A stretch of DNA of 49,705 nt from a virus (taxonomy: Duplodnaviria; Caudoviricetes), in IMG/VR virus record IMGVR_UViG_3300032225_000860, positions 1 through 49,705 of that record; one strand, 5' to 3'. Under the pieces are notes generated by a model. It did not search any database. It saw nothing but the letters and a program-made list of their open reading frames with translations, and was not told where the DNA came from. Of this stretch, positions 45,601 through 49,705 are shown one piece after another (within the stretch, counting starts at the first letter, position 1; each line of letters begins with the position of its first letter). The translations under genes were made by a program, and so were the position numbers.

Positions 45601-47543
45601 GTAGTACCAAAAGCAATAACCCTAGTATTAGAATTTGATAAACTAAATGCTCCTGTTGTATAGCTTTTATTGTTTAAGTCTAACGTTCCACTTGTAAGAG
45701 TTGTTGTTCTACCCGCACTGCAAGTTAATGCGTCTTGTAATTGATATGTTTGTGTTCCGCTAAATGTAATTGGGCAATCTAATGATAGCGTTGCAGAGGT
45801 AATGTTTTGCTGAATTAAAGTGGATGCAAAAGTAAGCGTTGATGCGCCGCCACCAATTGTCATGCCACTAGAAAGAGTCAAACTACCATAAAGTGTTCTT
45901 GTATTAATTGGGCAAGTGCCGGTAAAGCCAGTAAAATTTAAGTTTCTAAGGTATATATAAATTGCAACAATATCGGAACCAGCAGATACGTTAAAATCAA
46001 GCGCTGTTGCTTCAGAACCACCAGCTGTATTGCCGCAGGTAATTGTTCTAGTTCCTGTGGAACCACTGTATGTTAAGTTTACTGTTGGGGTTCCTGTGTA
46101 GGTAAAACCCGTGGCAGTTGTCATATTAAAAATAGTTGCGTTGTTGCTTACTATAGTCAAGTTGCCTGTTGTACCAAACAGTATGGAACGAGTATTGCTG
46201 TTTGTTGAACTAAATAGACCTGCGGTAGCTGTTTTGTTGTTTAAATCTAAAGTTCCGCTGCTTAAACCTAATGACCTTGTGGAGCCTAAAGTTAACGCAT
46301 CTACTAGTTGTACTGTTGCGCCAGTTGAAGCAATGGTAACTGGAAAATCTAGTGTTTGTGAGGCGGAAGTAATTGTTTGTGTTCCGCTAGTTGCCGCAAA
46401 GGTTGTTGTATTTGTGCTAGTACTAACAGTCATTCCTGAAACAAGCGTTAAATTTCCATATATGGTTCTTGAACCACTAATTAACTGCCCAGTAAAACCA
46501 GTAAAGTTAATATTTTTAAAAGTTCCACTAAAAGATACTGAATCTGAGCCAGCAGAAATATTATAGTTAAATGAGTTTGTTTCAGTACCACCAGCGGTTG
46601 AGCCAAACGAAGCTGTTCTTGTTACTCCTGATGCGGCATTACCAGTCAAATTTACAGTTGGTGTTCCTGTATAAGTAAAACCCGTAGCAGTAGCCATACT
46701 TACAACGTTGGCTGTTGATGTACAGGTGTTTGTGTAATTTCCTGTAGTTCCAAATAAAATAGAACGAGTGTTAGTACTGCTTGAAGCAAGTTGACCAAAA
46801 TTAGTTAACGTTTTATTATTAAGGTCTAGCGTTCCACCTGTAAGTGTAATATTTCTTATTGTTGCAGTGCCTACTGATAAATTATCTATTAATTGATATG
46901 TAGCAGTTCCACTAAAGGTAATTGGAAAGTCTAGGTTTAATGCAGCAGAAGTGATTGTTTGTGTTCCGCTAGTTGCCGCAAAAGTTGTTGTAGCCGTACC
47001 AGCCGTTAATGACATTCCTGAAACAAGCGTTAAATTTCCATATATTGTTCTTGTATTAGAACCACCGTTAAATGTTCCGCTAAAGCCAGTAAAGTTAAGG
47101 TTTTTAATGCCACTTTGATTACCAAATGCAACGGTATCTGAACCAGCAGAAATATTAAAACTAATTGAGTTTGCTTCAGTAACAATGGTTGGGTTAATTG
47201 ACCTAGTTCCTGTAGAACCTGAATAAGTGCAATTAATTACAGGAGTTCCTGTAACAGAAAAAGTAGTTGCCCCAGTATAAATAGTGGCACTACTGCCAGC
47301 AATCGTAATACTATTTGAGCCAAAAGCTAATGTGCCTGTAAATCCTGTCATTGTTAGGGTTGAACAAGTTGCAACACCAGCACCAATGGTTACAGTTCCA
47401 GCACCTGAATTGGCATCAAAGAATACTGTATCGGAAGTAGTAGGTACGGCAGAACCACCAATACCACCTGATGTAGTAGACCATTTAAGTAGGGCAGTTC
47501 CATCCCATGAAGCTGTTCCGCCTACCCAATATCTGTTTGCCAC
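42612..47543 (-). CDS. Large repetitive Thr/Ser/Gly-rich virion protein (tail spike/adhesin-like beta-solenoid)
   Basis: Roughly 194-aa internal repeats (GTLDLNNK, NFTGFTG, YGNLTL) and C-terminal ~19-aa (I)xExxxLAD repeats. Confidence 0.7.
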   Translation of the reverse strand: MANRYWVGGTASWDGTALLKWSTTSGGIGGSAVPTTSDTVFFDANSGAGTVTIGAGVATCSTLTMTGFTGTLAFGSNSITIAGSSATIYTGATTFSVTGTPVINCTYSGSTGTRSINPTIVTEANSISFNISAGSDTVAFGNQSGIKNLNFTGFSGTFNGGSNTRTIYGNLTLVSGMSLTAGTATTTFAATSGTQTITSAALNLDFPITFSGTATYQLIDNLSVGTATIRNITLTGGTLDLNNKTLTNFGQLASSSTNTRSILFGTTGNYTNTCTSTANVVSMATATGFTYTGTPTVNLTGNAASGVTRTASFGSTAGGTETNSFNYNISAGSDSVSFSGTFKNINFTGFTGQLISGSRTIYGNLTLVSGMTVSTSTNTTTFAATSGTQTITSASQTLDFPVTIASTGATVQLVDALTLGSTRSLGLSSGTLDLNNKTATAGLFSSTNSNTRSILFGTTGNLTIVSNNATIFNMTTATGFTYTGTPTVNLTYSGSTGTRTITCGNTAGGSEATALDFNVSAGSDIVAIYIYLRNLNFTGFTGTCPINTRTLYGSLTLSSGMTIGGGASTLTFASTLIQQNITSATLSLDCPITFSGTQTYQLQDALTCSAGRTTTLTSGTLDLNNKSYTTGAFSLSNSNTRVIAFGTTGNINLSSLAGTLWTTSTITGFSVTGTPTINATDSSSGNNRTFTQGGTLSNQAVSIYVKAGSGSVTFSGTNAAFQTIDLTGFSGTFGFTGSSMFVLGDFVLPSGTTYTSTGNTLQFVGTTATQKITTNNTLIDGPIFMGRALTTTAATGDGTTATLTFTSTGYYPVVGQTITVSGISPLGYNGTYTVTASSSTTVSYLNSTTAAQTTAGTVNLATSIQLQDAFTMGSTRQLSHASGTLDLNNKNLTAGYYNATFNAPHTVLFGTANITVSANNVTVWSNNSSTLYPFTFTGTGLINCTYSGSVGTRIITSQVNSPTETNTLNFNISAGSDTFNVSGNRFYNNVDFTGFTGAITTTSSGNPAYFYGNLTFPSSSTGASYTPNIYGIAFCNVSSSSTQTFTSGGLTIDAPVSRGVASTQQGVLVLADDLTLIASTSNGTFNFVAGTLNSNSKNITCAVFNGTGTNTKTLTITNSTITVTGGSTSSGFFVAGSGTTFNIVGSSIIFTTTGPTQFYGGGAGQSWPQVTISGVGQQLIIGASAASTSIVTLTNTVSPCTISILSTANTTTVTNFNVNGTAGNLVTLNSTTTGTAKNIAKGSGTVNAYYLAIQDSTATGGATWRAISSVNNGNNTGWFFDYTETVTENSSLADTPSTTAAFANNIAENSSLADTPTSNAAFLSNITEPYTINDSEDVLATFAYAVSEAVTLADLEFVVTAFASAISENYTINDTPSTTASFLSNISEPLTLADTPVGNATFAGVITEDTTLADIESVVTSFASAITESATLADSSIVLRTAFGDISEAITLADSQTVIANFASIVLENIGVAESESVVASFTAVISENANLADVESVLASFVSSLTEALTAADSSVAIKIFNSAITEDIQPADIQTALRTQYALISENLVPADAITVIASFTSQITENLVLLDIPFPRGWFKINDDQTVSWGAVNNTNSASWVAVNNGQTVTWNNVNNANSTTWTNIGDDQNPVWTNIDNTQ

Positions 47544-47546
47544 GGT

Positions 47547-47732
47547 TTACACCTGTGGTTCTGGGTCTGGATTGGGATTCTCTACGGGTGTAGTAATAAT
47601 GGTGTACCACTTATCAAAACGAGCTTGTTTCATAGCCTCAAGTTCAGCATCTGTATACGTGTGGTCATCAGGCAGAATTAAAGCATCACTAAACGTGTGA
47701 TTGTTTTGTGTGATTACGAAGTCTATGACCAT
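47547..47732 (-). CDS. Small hypothetical virion-operon protein
   Basis: Abuts both neighbours. Confidence 0.65.
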   Translation of the reverse strand: MVIDFVITQNNHTFSDALILPDDHTYTDAELEAMKQARFDKWYTIITTPVENPNPDPEPQV

Positions 47733-48343
47733 TATGAAGTGGCAGTAGTCGTGTAAGTAACAGCTAAAGAATCGCCACTTGCTACAGTTTTTGAACCGCC
47801 AGTAAAGCTACCAGCAGAATATAAAACGCCCGTAGTTGTATCTTTAGTAGCAGAAGCACCTGAACCGGAGTTAATAAAGCAACCTGCAACAGTTCCAGAA
47901 GAAGTCATTGCAAAAGTTAAAGCTGGAGCAGTCTTAGAAGTTACGTTAGACGGTGTAGTACCTGTGCTTGTAGCGGTTGTCCATACTGGAGCTTGACGAT
48001 TGCCTGTATAGGCTGGAGCATTTGTACCACCAACTTCTGTCCATGCGTGTGAAGCCATAGTGTCAGCTGCTGTGTAAGTTGTTGTTCCGCCAAGTAAGCC
48101 TAAGTAGTTAGCACCAGAAGCAGTACCGCCGTTTGAAGTAGCGCCAAAGTAATAGTTAAATAGGTCTTGTTTGCCTACGGCTGTAACCAAGTTAGGGGCT
48201 ACATCTTCCCATTTAAGGCTGCCGTCTGCACCATAGCATCTAACGGTGTAATAGCCTTCAACGCCAACAGTTTCATCCATACCGGCGCCACGGGTTACAG
48301 TAGCAGTGCTGATATCACCTAATTTTGCTAATTCATTGTTCAT
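47732..48343 (-). CDS. Structural protein (tail-associated)
   Basis: NLVTAVGK...GVLYSAGSF...SGDSLAVTY. Lies in the virion operon. Confidence 0.6.
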   Translation of the reverse strand: MNNELAKLGDISTATVTRGAGMDETVGVEGYYTVRCYGADGSLKWEDVAPNLVTAVGKQDLFNYYFGATSNGGTASGANYLGLLGGTTTYTAADTMASHAWTEVGGTNAPAYTGNRQAPVWTTATSTGTTPSNVTSKTAPALTFAMTSSGTVAGCFINSGSGASATKDTTTGVLYSAGSFTGGSKTVASGDSLAVTYTTTATS

Positions 48344-48352
48344 AATAAGTCC

Positions 48353-48778
48353 TTAATTGGAAAAACGAATAACAGCATTGGTAGCATTATTCGTAGGAAA
48401 CGTAATTGTAAAGCTTGTTGTAGGAGTTTTGTCCGCCCCAAAATCCAGTACTGCCACTGCCGCATTAGTCGTACTATTATAGATTAAAGCCCCTCTAACT
48501 GTAAAGGAAGCTGGGCTCCAAGTTACATTTGCAAACGACAAATAAGCCGTATAGTCATCCGTTTGTGGGGGTATAACAGTTAAAGTCTTACCACCTGCCG
48601 TATAGCCAGTACCCACCACTTCGCCTGTAGTTGTATAAATTAGGGTTGATTGGTTTAAAGTAGCATTGGCGGTGTATAGGGCAATTTTGTAGGTGTAGGG
48701 GGTTCCAACCGCAAAGTTCTCTAAAGCGCTTAAGCAATTCTTTTTAAATACTGTAGTTTGTCCTTGAGCAATTGTCAT
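48353..48778 (-). CDS. Structural protein (tail-associated)
   Basis: KIALY...GYTAGG...RGALIYN...AVLDFG. Lies in the virion operon. Confidence 0.6.
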   Translation of the reverse strand: MTIAQGQTTVFKKNCLSALENFAVGTPYTYKIALYTANATLNQSTLIYTTTGEVVGTGYTAGGKTLTVIPPQTDDYTAYLSFANVTWSPASFTVRGALIYNSTTNAAVAVLDFGADKTPTTSFTITFPTNNATNAVIRFSN

Positions 48779-49701
48779 GGTTTAACTTGTCCAATTCTAT
48801 ACTGCCCATCTCTGTAGGCATCCCCACGCTCAAGACCAGAACCAAGGCGGTTTAGTTGACCCATAGCTTCGTTATATTTATCTTCGTAATACTTAACCAA
48901 ATCCGCTTCACCCTTCATAAAGAGCATAGCTTCCCGCATTGCACCATAAAACAAAACTGGATCATAGTTATCACCAAGCCAGCTAGTACCGGATGTGTTG
49001 TTTACACTAGAAACAGTATATGTAAGTCCAGACCCAGAACCGCCAATATAATAATTAGAACAGCTTAAAACATCTCCAGCAGCATAAAAATTACCGCCGT
49101 TTTCTATAATCATAGATGTAATTGTTTGACCAGAAACTATAATGTTTGCCGTTGCACCAGACCCAGAACCGCCGGTTAACGGTACGTTTTCATATGCTCC
49201 ATTGGTATAAAGAGAGCCAGTATTAGTAACTGAACCTAAAGCAATAACGCCTTGAACAATGGAAACTGGGTAGTAAAAATAGTGCAGTTCTGCGTTGTAA
49301 CTATCATCAGGTGTTGGCCCCATAATAAAAGACAACTCATTAGCATTGCTATATTGAGAACCAAATAATGCGTAATACTTAGGTAAACCGTTATTAGCAG
49401 AGTTAGTATTTGGATACGCTTCTCTAATAAAATTAACGTCTTTGTTTAATAGGTATGTGTAGTTCCCAGATCCATCAATAACTGCTAAAGAATACGTAGC
49501 AAGATAGTCATCAGGGCAAGACAAATACTTATTATTAGCGGTAAGCGTACCCGTCACGTTTTTGCGCAACGCTGGAATTTGGACTGAATTGTAAATACGT
49601 TCTTCGGCTTGTTTTACAAAAACCGGTATATTCGCTACAAATAGCGCTTCAGTATTCTCAGAATAGTCCTGTATTGCCTGATACAGATTTACATAATTCA
49701 T
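48775..49701 (-). CDS. Probable head-tail adaptor (tail tubular protein A-like) with an inserted Gly-rich module
   Basis: IPVFVKQAEERI...PKYYA...GPTPD...ELHYFY...SWLGDNYDPVLFYGA. Confidence 0.6.
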   Translation of the reverse strand: MNYVNLYQAIQDYSENTEALFVANIPVFVKQAEERIYNSVQIPALRKNVTGTLTANNKYLSCPDDYLATYSLAVIDGSGNYTYLLNKDVNFIREAYPNTNSANNGLPKYYALFGSQYSNANELSFIMGPTPDDSYNAELHYFYYPVSIVQGVIALGSVTNTGSLYTNGAYENVPLTGGSGSGATANIIVSGQTITSMIIENGGNFYAAGDVLSCSNYYIGGSGSGLTYTVSSVNNTSGTSWLGDNYDPVLFYGAMREAMLFMKGEADLVKYYEDKYNEAMGQLNRLGSGLERGDAYRDGQYRIGQVKP

Positions 49702-49705
49702 TAGG

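Noticed and set aside
42955-47700. Multiple long plus-strand ORFs opposite the virion genes
   Set aside because: Antisense shadows caused by Thr/Ser/Gly codon bias.
1-49705. tRNA genes, introns/inteins, stop-codon reassignment
   Set aside because: No cloverleaf or T-arm context was recognised. Conserved genes are uninterrupted and tile densely under the standard code.

Overview
The window is about 50 kb of a tailed dsDNA phage genome with podovirus-like organisation. A freshwater betaproteobacterial host is my inference, not something the sequence shows. From left to right: (1) the truncated 5' end of terL, a LexA-like winged-helix gene and a probable terS on the minus strand; (2) a plus-strand early region of small genes punctuated by three repeated hairpin elements; (3) a minus-strand replication/recombination arm with Toprim primase, a sigma region-4-like HTH, SF2 helicase, DUF1364-like nuclease, DUF3310, a small OB-fold-like protein, ERF and a PD-(D/E)xK exonuclease. 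This arm is interrupted by an inverted metallophosphoesterase + SprT-like cassette and a ~500 bp non-coding block; (4) rusA-like resolvase; (5) a minus-strand virion arm with a 2945-aa polyvalent ejection-type protein, two Gly/Gln-rich internal proteins, a GNAT, tail proteins, GH19 endolysin, holins, tail fibre modules and a head-tail adaptor. No capsid, portal, integrase, DNA polymerase, RT, tRNA or CRISPR array was seen. The best leads are: a candidate RNA-based regulatory system at 13.1-13.65 kb (a promoter/terminator-bounded sRNA complementary to three phage 5' leaders, next to a ~300-nt densely structured RNA); a perfect bacterial parS site; a GHKL ATPase plus zincin domain inside the giant virion protein; T7-like RNase III sites; and apparently complete avoidance of TCGA and CCWGG. 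All calls were made by eye, without database searches.
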